A DNA stretch of 64,000 bases from Glycera tridactyla (GCA_965644265.1 OZ286470.1:29264001-29328000); one strand, 5' to 3'. Shown: positions 33,717-47,444, counted from the stretch's first letter. The notes: generated from the letters alone by a model not told the origin. Translations and numbers: made by a program.

Positions 33717-33848
33717 NNNNNNNNNNNNNNNNNNNNNNNNNNNNNNNNNNNNNNNNNNNNNNNNNNNNNNNNNNNNNNNNNNNNNNNNNNNNNNNNNNNN
33801 NNNNNNNNNNNNNNNNNNNNNNNNNNNNNNNNNNNNNNNNNNNNNNNN
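33717..33848. other. 132-N block, unit A'
   Basis: Counted 132 N, same flanks as 7179-7310. Confidence 0.95.
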
Positions 33849-36800
33849 TTACTATCATCACTGTCGTTATTATTACTGTTATATTACTAGTACTGCAGTG
33901 AAGTAGACCTGGTGATGAAAAATGTATGCGAAGTAGGAGAAAGAAATGTCCATATGTTGGGTCATGTTACTGTTACTAACCCCCTCTACCTGGCGAATGG
34001 ACCAGTGGTGATCACCACGCAACCAAGTTTTGAGTGGGGACTTTGTATACCAGCGTAAATGAAGATATGTCCATTATTATACCAACACTAGTCAAGGGTC
34101 AACTCGCAGCTTCACCGATTTTGCCCGCTAACAGAGAAGGCTCAGCCGTTCAGCTTCCTTTTACATATTTTCTCAGCTTTTCCCGAATTTTCTCAATTCA
34201 CCCTCTCTTATTTGTGCCTACAAGTAGATATGGATACTTTTTCAACTCATATCTCCTCAATGTATATCTGACGTGATTGGTTTTCTCAAGAAGACCATAG
34301 GAATAGAAAGTACTGACACGAAGTCGCGACAGTGGATTCTGCAAATAAACTAGGCATCAAATCTGACTGTCCGACATGGATGCCAATAGTGCTTGGAACC
34401 TGGATGATTTAGGGGAGGCGGGGAGGGGGGCTTCACATTTAGAATGACAAGTCAAATGCACCTAGTAGTACCTCAGATAAAGTGGCAGGTCTTCACAAAT
34501 ACGCCATTCCATACTGTCAAACCTCTCACATGGTAATAATATTTGCTGGCCTAGAGATTGAATAATGTATGCGGCATCGGGTAATTGATAGTCAATGGGG
34601 TACCGACTAACATTCACAGTGTGCTACAGGGACCTTTTTATAGTCCTGCCATTTGTCATATAGTTGATTGGGTTCACCCACACGGTTCCATGGGAGGTAC
34701 AGATGATGATACATTCTCACATCGCATCCTGATCTAACTGTACATTTCAAATTCTATTGGTATTCACAGACCCGTGACTGGTTGTCGTGGCAACAAAATT
34801 TGGTTAAACCATGATTTTATTCCACCAAGGCCTGGTGCACTTCCAATACAGCATCAGTTTGTCCATATTTGGTATTGATATATACGTCTCATCAAGCCTG
34901 ACAATATGACATTGGCACGATTGTCAGTTAGGTGATATATCTCTCGTAGAATCTGCTCATGTGGTGCAAAGAGATAAATTCAAGATTGAATTTCATACTT
35001 GAATTGTATTTCATAATATCCGAGGCCAAATTAAAAATTGTGCCAATAGAGTGATCGAGTGTAGTGATTGATGAATTGATTGGCAAATAATCTGACCCTC
35101 TGTAACATGAATTTGTGTTGCGCTAGTCCGAAATAACCTGAAATCGAATTGAGCACTGATCTTCATCTAAACAAAGAACAAGCAGACAAAAATCTTTGGA
35201 GTAACATCACGAAAAGCATGCATAAACAAAATTCGACCTTGTGCCCACTTGCCCGCATTGAAATTTCAGATTGGCTTGTGATAGCTTGTGTGAATGATAT
35301 ACTTTGATGAGGAACTGTGATGATATTGGTAGTTTTCGTCAGTGTCTAAGTTCTTGTGAGCCTGATAAATTGAGGTTGTGGCAGAAGTGAAGGAGCCTTG
35401 GCAATTATTCATCATAAATCACACAAAAATGATTGAGTATCCATCAGGCCTGACAGGTAATCAGTTGCCTTGAACTGTCCCTTCTACCTTATATATTCCG
35501 ATTGATGCGCTGACAATATGAAACAAATGACAAATATTCGATTGTCTGATGCAGAATCACTGACAACACTAGGATCGCTCACAATGTAAGGTGCTGAGGT
35601 GTTGAGACATTGTCTCTCAGGAAATATTTTATATTAAATGGGTATGACTTTTTGCAGGTCAGACATTCCTATCCCAGCCCCACCAACCAACCTATCTGGT
35701 CACTCTGATGTGGGTAAAAACAGTTTATTTTGCCAATATGAAGCTAATGACATATATTCAAGCGTCTCAAGTCAGGGCCTAATGCAGAATCACCAGGATC
35801 GCTTACCATATAGGATGTTCAGGTGTGGAAACTTTGCCTGTCAGAGAACTGTACATTACATGGGTGTGAATTTTTGCAGGTTAGACTTTCATATTCCAGC
35901 CCCGCCACCCAACCTTTTTCGGTCACTATAATGTTGGTTTTATTGCTTGTATTGATTGATCCGGTTTCAGTTGCATCAGGGTTTACCATCGGTCATCGAC
36001 CATAGTCATCGGACTACCACAGTACATGCCTGCCCACCAACTTCCAGCTCTATTCAATTCAAAATGAATATGCAAAGGGATGCACGAGGGCCAGGGCCAT
36101 TGGGCAAGCGGAGGAATGACCACGTCAGGAATGACTGTGGTGAAAAATCGTTCCCACAACAATGACTCAGTGGACTACGAAAAGTCTATCTTCACTCCAT
36201 GGCGCAGGACTGCTTATTGAACCTAGCCCTTAAAGGGCGTAGGTCGATAGAGATCCTGTGCCACTCCTTGGCGCCAGTGCTAACATACCTGACCCGGATT
36301 GAAGAACCCACCCGTTAGCACTGGACAACCACTCAGTCATTGTTGAACTTTTCGAAAACTGAAGAAACCTGCCCGGTTATCTGCTTTATGTAGTCTATGC
36401 TAGCACTGGCGCCAAGGAGTGGCGTAAGAGTACAAATAGGTCTGGGCGGTGAGTACTGATAGGTCTGGGCAGTGCTCGAATGTCAAATATGGTTTCCGTA
36501 GTTTCTTTGACATGAGTGACAATTATGGTCTGTCTTGATATAGCTTCAGTATGTACAGCTCATGCTCACTGATTGATATGCAGTCATTCTCAGTCAAATA
36601 ATCCCTTTTCAGAACAAAGTGTTGAGTGATCGGCATAAGGGGAAGCTGGATGAAAAACCATATTCTTCCAGGGCCCATCATACATCAATGCATTCAACTC
36701 ATTTTCAATTGATGCATGATTGGTTTTCGATGTCCATGGCATTGAAAAATTCACCCTTATGCAATTGCGCAGTCAGCACATCGTAAATCGAGGACTTGTT

Positions 36801-37043
36801 TACCCAGTGCATGCTGTTTAGGAAACAGAGCCTGGCCGTGTGTATGTGTCTGTGCTACATGCACGTGACAGAACCACCTAATTATCTCTAATTTTTTTTC
36901 GATCGAGTATTGATTTCTCACACATAACTTCATCAGTGATCCCATGGTACAATAGAATGTAAGTCTGAAATGGCCCATGTGGTGTCGAGAGGATGTTAAG
37001 AAATACTCAATCAATCAATCGATCAATCAATCAATCAAAAGCA

Positions 37044-37317
37044 CCCTTCATCATCTAGCTGTATGAAATCACATCCACTCTCATGCACTATCCACTGAAG
37101 AATATTCTGATTCACCGGTCACCATTATTTGACTGCCAAGCAAGTACGCTTCGACATGTCCGTGGAAAACTGGAATGTGCTACAATCTGTCACCATGAAG
37201 ATATCAAAGCGTCATCGACCTCCTCCTACAGTGATAACAAAAGATGTCGATGTTCATCACAGCCCCTGCTTGAAGAAGATTCTGAGGGTCAGAGCCGATA
37301 CAGTGCATATGTTCTTG
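37044..37317 (+). pseudogene. Degenerate PAN/WSC-like exon paralogue (unit A')
   Basis: Counterpart of 10612-10885 with the same TAG and deletions. Confidence 0.7.
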
Positions 37318-38316
37318 GATATTGCTCATCATGTTGTACTTCTGATGAAAATTTAGACACCAGGATTCGAAGAGAATCTACTGAAATGGTTCTGATCATA
37401 TCTTCCTGAAATTCATCAGAAATCTGAAGTCAGATCCAGGTCAGCAAGAATGACTGATCGAATGGATATTGTGAGATCCAAAGTGTAGGTGCTGGTGAGT
37501 ATCTGATTTACAGACTGAATCAGGATGAATGAATTGTCTTCCCATCAATAGAAATAAAAAAACCCTGTTCCCCTTAACGCTAACAGCAAATTCCAAATCC
37601 AGGTAAGCTCATCCAATCACTCCAGAACATACCATAAATGGTAACTGGGCTTTTCCCTGTAATTGCATACGGTGCTACTTCGGTGGATCAAGTTATTTCT
37701 ATATCAGTCATCCACAGGAAGATAAAAAAATGGCATGATTGGTGTGTTAACTTCAGATTTTTTCTCGACAAGTAAGTGAAGTCCGCACTAGATATTTGAA
37801 TAGTGGATTGAGATGTGTTGAGACACAAATATAGCCATGGATGAAAAATAGGTTGCATATATCAATTTATTTCCCACCAAAGAATATATGACAAGGACTC
37901 CTTTCTTTCTAATTTTGAGATATGTATACAGTAACTTTTAAGGCATCTGTGGTATGAAGCTGATGAATTCATCACTGTGTCGCTTGGAACAAATGTGGAT
38001 TTCTATAGTTTCCTATGACTTGAGTGGCAACTATGGTCTGTCATCTTAGTATGGCTTTTGTATGCAGTCACGTTTGGTACAATATACCATACTTGAATGA
38101 TATGTTGTGTGGCCAGCATCAGGGAAAGCTGGAAGAGATGAGATTATTTTTCCAGCAGTCATCGGGACCTGCATTGGTTATGCATCAGTGCATTCAACGC
38201 ATATTCGAGTGATGTATGATCGGTTTTCACCGGCTTTGTCTAGGGCATTGAATTATGCATCCTTACCCAAAACTGCAGGCGGCACACTGTAAACCTGTAT
38301 CTATTGCCTCACAAAG

Positions 38317-38638
38317 ATGTCGGCATTGTACAGTGCAGCAGCCTCCATCATCTGGCTGTATGAAATCATATCCCATTGTTATGCGTTATCCACTGGAGCA
38401 TATTCTAAGTCAATTGACCGGTCACCAATTTTTGACTTCCAAGCAAGTACGGTTCATTATGTCCGTGGAATCCTGGAATGTGCTACAATCTGTCACCATG
38501 AAGATAACCAAACATCATCAACCTTCTTCTACAGCGATAACAAAAGATGTCGATGTTCAGCACATTCTCCGATTGGAGAAGATTCTGATATCCGAAGCCT
38601 TTACAGTGCATATGTTCCTACCCAACCTGATAAACCTG
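38317..38638 (+). CDS. Exon 1 of secreted PAN/WSC-like + LamG lectin-like protein
   Basis: ATG, signal-like leader, ECATIC...RCRC, CCTG|GTGAGT donor at 38639; 322 nt, phase 1. Confidence 0.72.
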
Positions 38639-39737
38639 GTGAGTCCATATTCATATATCAGATTATGCCATATTCGAGCCATATATCGTCTTTCCTCAAC
38701 ATGACTAAAATATTCGATATTGATAATCATGAGCCATGATAGCAATGACATGCCAATCTTTCCCAAGTTGAACATCCATGCCATTCATCCATCCCACTCA
38801 TCCTGGATAATACATGGTCAGGGTCTGAAAAATGTTATGTTACAGAAACATATTCATAAAGCTCTGAAATCCAGTCAAACTGAATAAATCAGCTAGAATT
38901 GGCTGTATTAAGTCACATCTTATTGTCATGCATTATCCACAGAAGAATATTCGCAAGTCCACTTAATGCAATTCACACTAATACAGCCGTGGATCACAAA
39001 AAACAAGTATACATTCAAAGGTTGTAGCTGCCATTAGACATCACATTGATTGATTATTATTATATGAATATAGTCAAGTGGCACACCTTCATTTTGACCA
39101 GTCTCATGGCTTGGTTAGTTTATTCATAGTTGCCATGGTAACCATAGACACAACAGATTTGCACCTGGAATGATATATTCGCCGCTGGTGCAACCTATTC
39201 ATGGTATATGGATGCAAATGTTTTGCGATTGATTGTATTGTCATCTTGTCTGAGTAATGCAGCATGAAGGGGAATCAGGTATCAATCATAGCTACCAGAA
39301 AATCTCACTTCAAACATGGAAATTGTAGCAAAAAAAAAAAAAAATTCAGTGGGGTTATTTCTCACAAGAGAGTACAGATCAAATTCCCTTGAAACAGTTG
39401 CAGAAAGTCAATGTATGTTTACTGCAATGATTGCGAACAAAATCACCTAGCATGGCAGGGAGCATAATGGTTACTTAGCATCCCTTTATAGACCATGCTA
39501 CCAAGTTCCTAGTTACTCTGCTGGATAGGACAGAAAAGAAAACTAGATTGGCCCTCTGCTGTTTTCATCCATTTACAGTTTGATTAAAATTCAGCACGGA
39601 AAGATACTATAGCTAATCAGTTAAGGGAGATCCAAGACATGAGCAATCCCAGAATAACTGATATAGGATTCACATTTTTCCATCATCCATGGAGAATAAC
39701 TTTTGAGTTTCGATCTCTTCTGTTTTGTAGGGACCTG

Positions 39738-39805
39738 CCTTGGTGGCTCAGTGGTAGCATGCTGGGCCGGCATGCAATGGGTCTGGGGTTCAACCCTTCA
39801 TCCTT
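39738..39805 (+). mobile_element. tRNA-derived SINE head fragment (intronic)
   Basis: Box A TGGCTCAGTGG 39744-39754 and box B GGTTCAACCC 39787-39796 at tRNA-like spacing; no complete cloverleaf. Confidence 0.5.
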
Positions 39806-39889
39806 GGCAGGTGGTCTGATTTAGCCTATCCAAGTGCAGAAAGTGGATGTAAAACCTCACCATTTCATTTCTTTTTTTCTGTTTTGTAG

Positions 39890-40515
39890 ATCTGTGGTTT
39901 CCATTCGAATGTGTTTTGGACGGATTGATTCTCGGCCCAATCAATGGCACTCTCATATCTGGTGCTAATCTGGTGAGAGATGGTGACAGAAGAGTCCTCC
40001 AGACAAGAGATAATACTGAATACATCGACTTCGGTGACCAGAGACACATTTGTTTTGGTAACCTGGACCACTGCCCGAATGGATTCACACTTGCAATCTG
40101 GCTGAAGACAGTGAATCAAACACGCACACGGTACTTCATCACTAGTGGGGCGCATGCTTTGGACTCTCATGGCATAGCATTGAGTAAAAGATCTCTTGAA
40201 TTAATAATGAAATTCAAAACTTCAACAGGTCAATATTGGGAGGCAAAAAGTTCTACTGACATTCAAGCGAACACATGGTATCATGTGGTGATGACATGGA
40301 GTCCCTCGGGAGCCAGGTTGTATGCAAATGGAGAAGAGATCGCGCAGGACAACACTGCAACGTCGAAAAATGCGGCTAATATCCGAACACATTTCGTTAT
40401 GGGCAGACAGAATAAAGCGGTAGCTTCAACTCGCTACTCTGCGCAGGCTTGGTATGATGACATGCGAGTTTATCATGAAGAAAAGCAAGAAGACTTCATC
40501 AGAAACTTATATTAG
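39890..40515 (+). CDS. Exon 2 (terminal): LamG-3/ConA-like lectin domain
   Basis: Polypyrimidine tract and TTGTAG acceptor at 39888-39889; the leading AT completes G|AT; LWFPFE, CFGNLDHCPNGFTLAIWLK, WYHVVMTW, LYANG, DDMRVY; TAG 40513-40515. Confidence 0.82.
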
Positions 40516-41969
40516 TTCTTAGACTGCTCTGGTCCGACTCATAATGTTGCCATTGACATTTCGATCATTTGTGGAGAATATGCAACATTTATAAGTATTT
40601 GTCTGATTTGCTTTTACAGAGAATGAGCAGTTCATCTTAGAACAAAAACGTCCAAACTAGGAATTTGGAAAAGAAGAAGTGAAGAAAGAAAATGGTCATA
40701 GATTATTTCACGATTATGGTATTGTTGTAATGATATCTATGAGAGGTCGTCCTCAGCGATTATCCTTGTATTGGCATCCCAGTATGACACATAGGAGACT
40801 GGCATGATGTCGGAAAAGAAGTGATGGCCAACCTACCGAAAAAAGATCTAAACCACCGGTCAAAGGCTATCCTGAGACTGCTAGGACATGTCCGGCATGT
40901 CAGCTTCCAAACATTTTGGGTGATTTCATATGTCATGATAAGGTGTCCCCCCCCCCTCTCAGGGGACACATTTTGCAAACATTCCAAAAGTCCTACCATC
41001 TGTTTCAAGATATATTCGACCAACCACACATTGGTATTCTGGTGAGACAAAGTCAATCTGAGGTAACAGTGATCATTCATGCCTTTCTACCGCGCTTGGT
41101 GCTCATCCTGAGAGTGGAGAGTGGAGGTCAGCTGTCCAAACACTGGGCGCCATGAGTAGTTCCAGGTTTAGAAGCACAATTATATTTCTAGCAATTCCAT
41201 GTCAAAAATATATATTCATATCATCCGTTGGCTCTAACCAACCATTATCAATTATCTTATCATCCCTTGCAGTGCAGAGAATCATATTCGAATGGGGCCA
41301 TTAAGTGAAAGCAGAAAATTGATTAACTGCATCACTTGTGGGGAATGTGGCCTCCAAAATGTTGGCCGAACAGGCTGAACTTGACATGAATGATTTGGCA
41401 ATCATCCGAATCAAGTTCTAGCCAAGGATTCAACTGAAGATGTGTGCAGACATTACACCACATCTGGACATAAAAGCCTAACGGATATGAAAATCACCGT
41501 TTCGGGATCTATTTTTGTGTCCCCCCCTGAAGGGACTGATCGCTATATCCCTGAGATAACATATAAAATTTGATTGGATTCAGTGGCCAAGAACGATGCT
41601 CCCTGGACTCAACACGAAGGACCACACTCTTCCTACAGTAGATAAAAGAAGTTGCGCGGGATGCACTGAGATAGACACAAAAATTATACGAATAGATCTG
41701 TCACTTATATTTGGATGTGACAGATACGTTCCATTTGGTTGCATCGTGACTCCAGTAAAAGAATGCATGCTATGTAGTGTTCATTAAAAAGTGCTGCTAC
41801 CTCGTTAGGTCTATCCTCACGACTCAATAACTCCAACTCGATAATTCCCGGAGTAGTATGGCTGATCATCACTTTTAATGTGCCATTTCGTGGTGATTCC
41901 ATGATTAGAACACCAGCTCAGATTCATTACCCAGCAGTAGTAGTAGTAGTAGTAGTAGTAGTGATTTCT

Positions 41970-42326
41970 TTTTTTTCAGCCTCCCCCTGGCGGCCGCAGG
42001 CCGCCGTCGAGCGCGTAGCGCTCGTCGGCGGCTGCAGGCCGCCTGGGGAGGCTGTTTGTGTTCACCAATCCGCCATCTTGGAAAGATTTGACAGGTCCCC
42101 ACCACACCAAATGAATGGTTGCCTGTACTGCAGGCGATGGGGTACCAGTCAGTCTTCTTGGCAACGGTTGGCGCGCGTAGCGCGGCTTGTAGCAGTTGGC
42201 GCGCGTAGCGCAGCCACTACCATAGAGGTTGGCGCGCTGTAGTGTCGTCAAAGAACGGTATTTAAGTTCTTTGGTGTCGTGTCGGGGGGAGGCATTTTTG
42301 GGCGGTCTCAACCGCAGGTTCTTGTT
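41970..42326 (-). mobile_element. Helentron-associated-like non-autonomous element (HINE-like), ~357 bp, GC-rich
   Basis: Absent from units A and A'; sits in a T run without TSD; minus strand starts AACAAGAACC; subterminal IRs GCCTCCCCC/GGGGGAGGC; 78-nt hairpin 41977-42054 next to the terminal A run. Confidence 0.6.
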
Positions 42327-42958
42327 AGTTCGTCATACAATCACATATCCAATATATAGTATGACGTAATATGTACAGTAATACAATTGCATATGTGATA
42401 AAGCTTTTACCCTCAAAAGGAGGATTTTCTCAAGCCGACGAAAGATAAGACTTTCTTGTTCGTTACAAGTGATACTGATGAAGGAATGAATAAAGATATG
42501 AGAGTGATGGGAAGACAGAAAACAGAAACTATGACAGAGACACTGCGGACATACTAGTAATATGCAAGAGCAAACAGTAATGAAACAGAACTAAAAGATG
42601 TATAAACTGAGGACCAATTAGGAACAAATTAGGTACTGATTGGGTACCAAGATTGGCGTTGAAACATAACTAACAGCTATGTGAGACCCAGTCAGAGACG
42701 ATAATGAGATTCGAAGTGCTTTCAAATACAATTATATCCGGGTCGGGGACATAGTTCTGATCAATGATCTCTAATTGGAAGCGAAGCCTCATGCACCAGG
42801 TGTAAGAGGCAGGATAAACAGCAGCAATGCCCACAGGCGACAGGTTAGTGAGTGCAAGCAAAGGATTGAAATAAGGAATATCTCGATGAAATTATTTGTT
42901 TTTTATGTTTGACCATGTCTTATATAGGAGTAGATGGAAATATGATACAAATATACGA

Positions 42959-43229
42959 AGTTATTGTAGCGAATCATACAAGAATGATATTCTCTATCGA
43001 TGGGGAGATATCATCTGTTGGTTTATTGCCCATTGCAGTGCATATATGAGTTATTATAGCGAATCATACAAGAATGATATTTTCTATCAATTGGGAGATA
43101 TCATCTGTTGGTTTATTGCCCATTGCAGTGCATATATGAGTTATTATAGCGAATCATACAAGAATGATATTTTCTATCAATGGAGAGATATCATCTGTTG
43201 GTGTATTACCCATAGCAGTGCATATATAA
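42959..43229 (+). repeat. 90-bp minisatellite, 3 copies (unit A'')
   Basis: Same unit as 2459-2820. Confidence 0.92.
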
Positions 43230-44209
43230 CAACGATACATATTCTCACATATTGTCTTTGGTGTTGTAACTGTTCAAATGTATTCCATGAAAAAGTGTCA
43301 CTTCAATCTTAATAGCGCTGGGGATGGATATGCCCGAACTCTTTTGAAAATCGTAATGAAATTCTGGAGCCATTTCGAGGCTTTTTTTTTCTGGAATACA
43401 TTGTATGCGTGAGTGATTTCATTTGTTTCTGATCATTATATCGTCATGTGCCCAGACAAGGGCAGGGTAGAGTGGGGGGAATCAGGGTCTATCCAGAGTG
43501 GGAAGTGTAGGCTGCCGAGCTCTGAATAGACAAGTTGCAGATATTAGAGTAGCAGGTCGCCTTGGTTCATACCTCTGAGTATATGAAGCACCTGTGTGTG
43601 ATACTTCCCTACTTTTCTCATAGCCTACATACTTACCTGTGTTTCTGTGGTGGAATAAAGACAATAAATCCATATTCACTCATTTTGTCTCTTACTGCAA
43701 CAGCAAATATCGGATGTCATAATTTCCAACACCTATGCTGTCCTGAGAAATATATAACCCAGCACTAGTGTGAGATGGAACCCAGAAGAGTATCAATTGG
43801 TCGCAGTTATTGCAAATGGGATGTTCGTCATTTAAAAATTCAAATATATAATACATTAATATGAATGTGTCCCTCTGACTTAAGTGATTGATGCAGTTTC
43901 ACACTGGAAAAAGGCACTGTATGTCTCAACAGATTTCATTGGGGAACTCTCATGCGTTGATAAATTGCATTAAAGATGGAACACCATGGGTTGATTCTCG
44001 GATATTTGAACCGAATCTATCCTGGGATCTCCGCCAAGATGATGTTCGTAAAGGGACTGGTGTTGCTATGAAGTAGTTATACAAGTCTATGTGGACAGAA
44101 ATGCGTTGTCTAAACGAGTGAACCTTGTTGGTGCCAACCGGTGTTGCAGCATACATGGCAATTGGCCACATATAACCCGACGCTATAGTGTCGTGTGTTT
44201 CCAAGAAAG

Positions 44210-44755
44210 GGAAGTGATTAGCCGGTTCTAGTAAGCACAGTTGGGGTGTCAAACATTCGTTGGTATGGACGGGGAGTGATTAGCCGGTTCTAGCAAGCAC
44301 AGTGGAGGTGTCAAACATTCGTTGATATGGACGGGGAGTGATTAGCCGGTTCTAGCAAGCACAGTGGAGGTGTCAATCATTTGTTGGTATGTACGGAAAG
44401 TGATTAGCCGGTTCTAGCAAGCACAGTGGAGGTGTCAAACATTCGTTGGTATGGACGGGGAGTGATTAGCCGGTTCTAGTAAGCACAGTTTGGGTGTCAA
44501 ACATTCGTTGGTATGGACGGGGAGTGATTAGCCGGTTCTAGCATGCACAGTGGAGGTGTCAATCATTTGTTGGTATGTACAGAAAGTGATTAGCCGGTTC
44601 TAGCAAGCACAGTGGAGGTGTCAAACATTCGTTGGTATGGACGGAGAGTGATTAGCCGGTTCTAGTAGGCACAGTTGGGGTGTCAAACATTCGTTGGTAT
44701 GGACGGGGAGTGATTAGCCGGTTCTAGCAAGCACAGTGGAGGTGTCAAACATTCA
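44210..44755 (+). repeat. 62-bp minisatellite, ~9 copies (unit A'')
   Basis: Same unit as 3798-4260 with variant subtypes. Confidence 0.92.
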
Positions 44756-45885
44756 AACCTCAGAAACGAGTGATGAACGTGATCTAGAGCTTCTCAGTCC
44801 TACCCATAGCCTGTATAACATATTTGTACTGATGTACGTTGTTGCTGTTGGTTAGTAGTTTCTCCATTAAAGTTACATCAGCTCCATCTGGGCTATATTG
44901 TGACGCCCATGCAATGGGCATGAGTGGGATTTTCAAAGACTTCTTTCTCTGGGTCCCAGAAAATTTGTGAAATTCACAGACACTCAAGGTGCCATTTCTG
45001 TGATTGCTGCGTTCTACAGGAATAAAGTGATGTGATCTGTTAAATGTTGTGAGGTTCATCTATGGTGCTTAGTGCCTAGTGCTACTGGTACCACCAACCA
45101 GAAAATAGTGTTGATCCTGGTCCCCTGCCATCTCTTCAGACAATATGCATGAGTCACTATGCAATTTCCAATACTTGTGTTGCTTTGAAGTAGCCGAGCA
45201 GGCTATATGAGAACACGTCTTGAGATACACTTGGATGATTTCAATATGCATTCGTTTTTTCTTACAATTTACTAGATTCCTCACACGAAAGCTGTTGCCT
45301 TTCTTTTGAGGTATTCTTAAATATTTTCCAGATTTCCATCGGCCCTGCTGTTTGTGAGAGTGTTTTTTAAGTAGATAGTGGGTGGATTTTGAGAGGTCCT
45401 GCAATTAGAATTTGGGTAGCACTTGGTTACTCTATACAGCTGAATACGTGCTCACTTCTACCATCTCTACATCAGTCCAGGGGCATTGCAAGTGGTTTCG
45501 GTAATTGCCTCATTAAAGTCATTTTGATCACATGGAACGTACCGTAGTTGCTCTTCTCCCCGCTTGGAATAGCTCGCAGCCAGTTGGGATTAGCGCGCTT
45601 ACGCATCAGCGCAGGAAGGAGAGTATTTCATGCACGCGGTCTTTGGAGAAGAACCCACCAATTAATCTACTCATCAGAAGCATCCTGAAGTCACGGATGG
45701 TACTATCTGGAAAACATGCCAACATGACGGTGATATGATTACCGTTATGACATCCAGTCAATTCGCTTTTTTGGTGGCATCTGATTTTCTGGGATAATTC
45801 CTCATAGAGGCGACGAGATCAATGTTTGTTCCTATGAGATCGTTTTGAATTCTCATTGCCTAGATAGAATATAACAGAAAAAGTA

Positions 45886-46061
45886 CAGTCAAACCTGTAT
45901 CCAGCAACCATCCTTGGGACAGTGGAAGGCGGTTGCTTAACACAGGTGGTTGTCTAATACAGGTTGTTTATAGTGAGAAATACTCTGGAGGGACTTTCAG
46001 AAGTGGTTGCTTAAGGCAGGTGGTTGATTAATACAGGTGCCCTTTATAGCAGGTTCAACTG
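45886..46061. mobile_element. Tc1/mariner-type MITE (unit A'' paralogue)
   Basis: TA|CAGTCAAACCTG...CAGGTTCAACTG|TA, 176 bp. Confidence 0.8.
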
Positions 46062-47390
46062 TAGATTCCACACACAGGAATTGTGATACTTGAGAAAAAT
46101 ATTTAATCAAGCTATTGTCACTTGTTCATGGGACTCGTTTGTGCTCTGATTGATACGTGTATTTACATCACGATGTGTTGAAATCAAGGTCACATGTCAA
46201 CTGGAAGCGTATAAGGTTGATATTTACATGAATATATGTTTCGGAATTCTGAATTTATATTTTTGGGTATTTCTGAAATATGGATGAGGAATGGTCAATA
46301 CCCTCCCAAGCTTTGCGTGGAATGAAATCATTGCTATCAGACTTGAGTGTTCACTAACAGCCAGTTACGGAACCAGATAACCAATCCGTAGATTGATTCG
46401 GGATGATGTTGGAGATAGACCTGCGGTGGTAGGAGAGATAACCTCTATGGTTCCCATCATTTTTGTTTGAAATTTGTGATAGGGATGGTTGGTCGGTTGG
46501 TAGAAAGTTTTACGTTCCGTGAGCAGGTGCTGAGCAACATCGAGCCACTGTGATCAGCATGGATTGGATCCATTGATTCGAAACCCCATCATGTTGGATT
46601 CCGAACCGAAGAGGACAATTCATGAAATTGACTGTCACTTAATGAGAGTGATGCCAATTTCACAGATCAGAATCATATATCATACATGATCAATTTGGTT
46701 GGTACCTTCTGTGAATCCCCAATCAATCGACTAACCAATCAAATGACATATCGACCAAGCAGAATGAATCGCTCATCTTTTCTGAAGAATGGGACCCGAA
46801 ACGAACTCAATTCCTCGCACATTATTAGTTGCAATAATAACCAGTCTGAACGCACACCAACCCTTGAATCTAATTTTTCAACGCTATGATTCAAAATCCA
46901 TCCACATAGGATAATTTCTTCTTCAGGTATGTATATATCGGCTCTTTTGAGGGTGAAATGGTGGATTTCGATGGCAATGTATCAATGTGCTCAAATTATG
47001 CAAACGATCAAGTATTGATTCACTTCTCAGACTGTTGCCCAGCAGGAAATTCAATATCACCATACATCATCCTTCGAACAATTGAAATCCGATGCTTAGA
47101 GGAAAAAGAGAATGCCTTTCAGGATGAGATATCAAATGACACATTCCTCTCGACAATGATGTAGATTTTTGTTGAGTGGTTCCTCCGCTCATTAGCACAT
47201 ATAATGCACCATATATATTTATCTATGTCCAAAAAACAAGGATCTTCAGAAATTGTATCAGTCCCCCAACCACCTCCCCAGGAAGCTCTCAATGAGAAAG
47301 ACCAATGACTCACTATAGCACAACAAGCTTACTTTAGGAGGCCCTGAACCTCCTGATGCAGCTTCCTTGCTCCTCAGGAGGTTCAACTTG

Positions 47391-47444
47391 ACATCCACCT
47401 GATGAAGGCTGCACCGAGCCTGAAAGCTTAGTGGCTCACTATGT
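47391..47444 (+). ncRNA. Minimal hammerhead-like motif (unit A'')
   Basis: Core and stems identical to 7031-7084; one change in loop II (GCACCA>GCACCG). Confidence 0.65.

Larger units (their letters stand above)
18732..39158 (+). repeat. Segmental repeat unit A' (contains the DIRS insertion)
   Basis: Offset 18011 to unit A just before the DIRS site and 26538 just after it. Confidence 0.92.

Noticed and set aside
39738-39805. Functional tRNA gene
   Set aside because: A and B boxes present but acceptor and anticodon stems do not form.
40760-41080. Kinase-like phrases (NVWLVEY, ILKQMVGLLECLQ)
   Set aside because: Wrong spacing; no HRD, DFG or Gly-rich loop.
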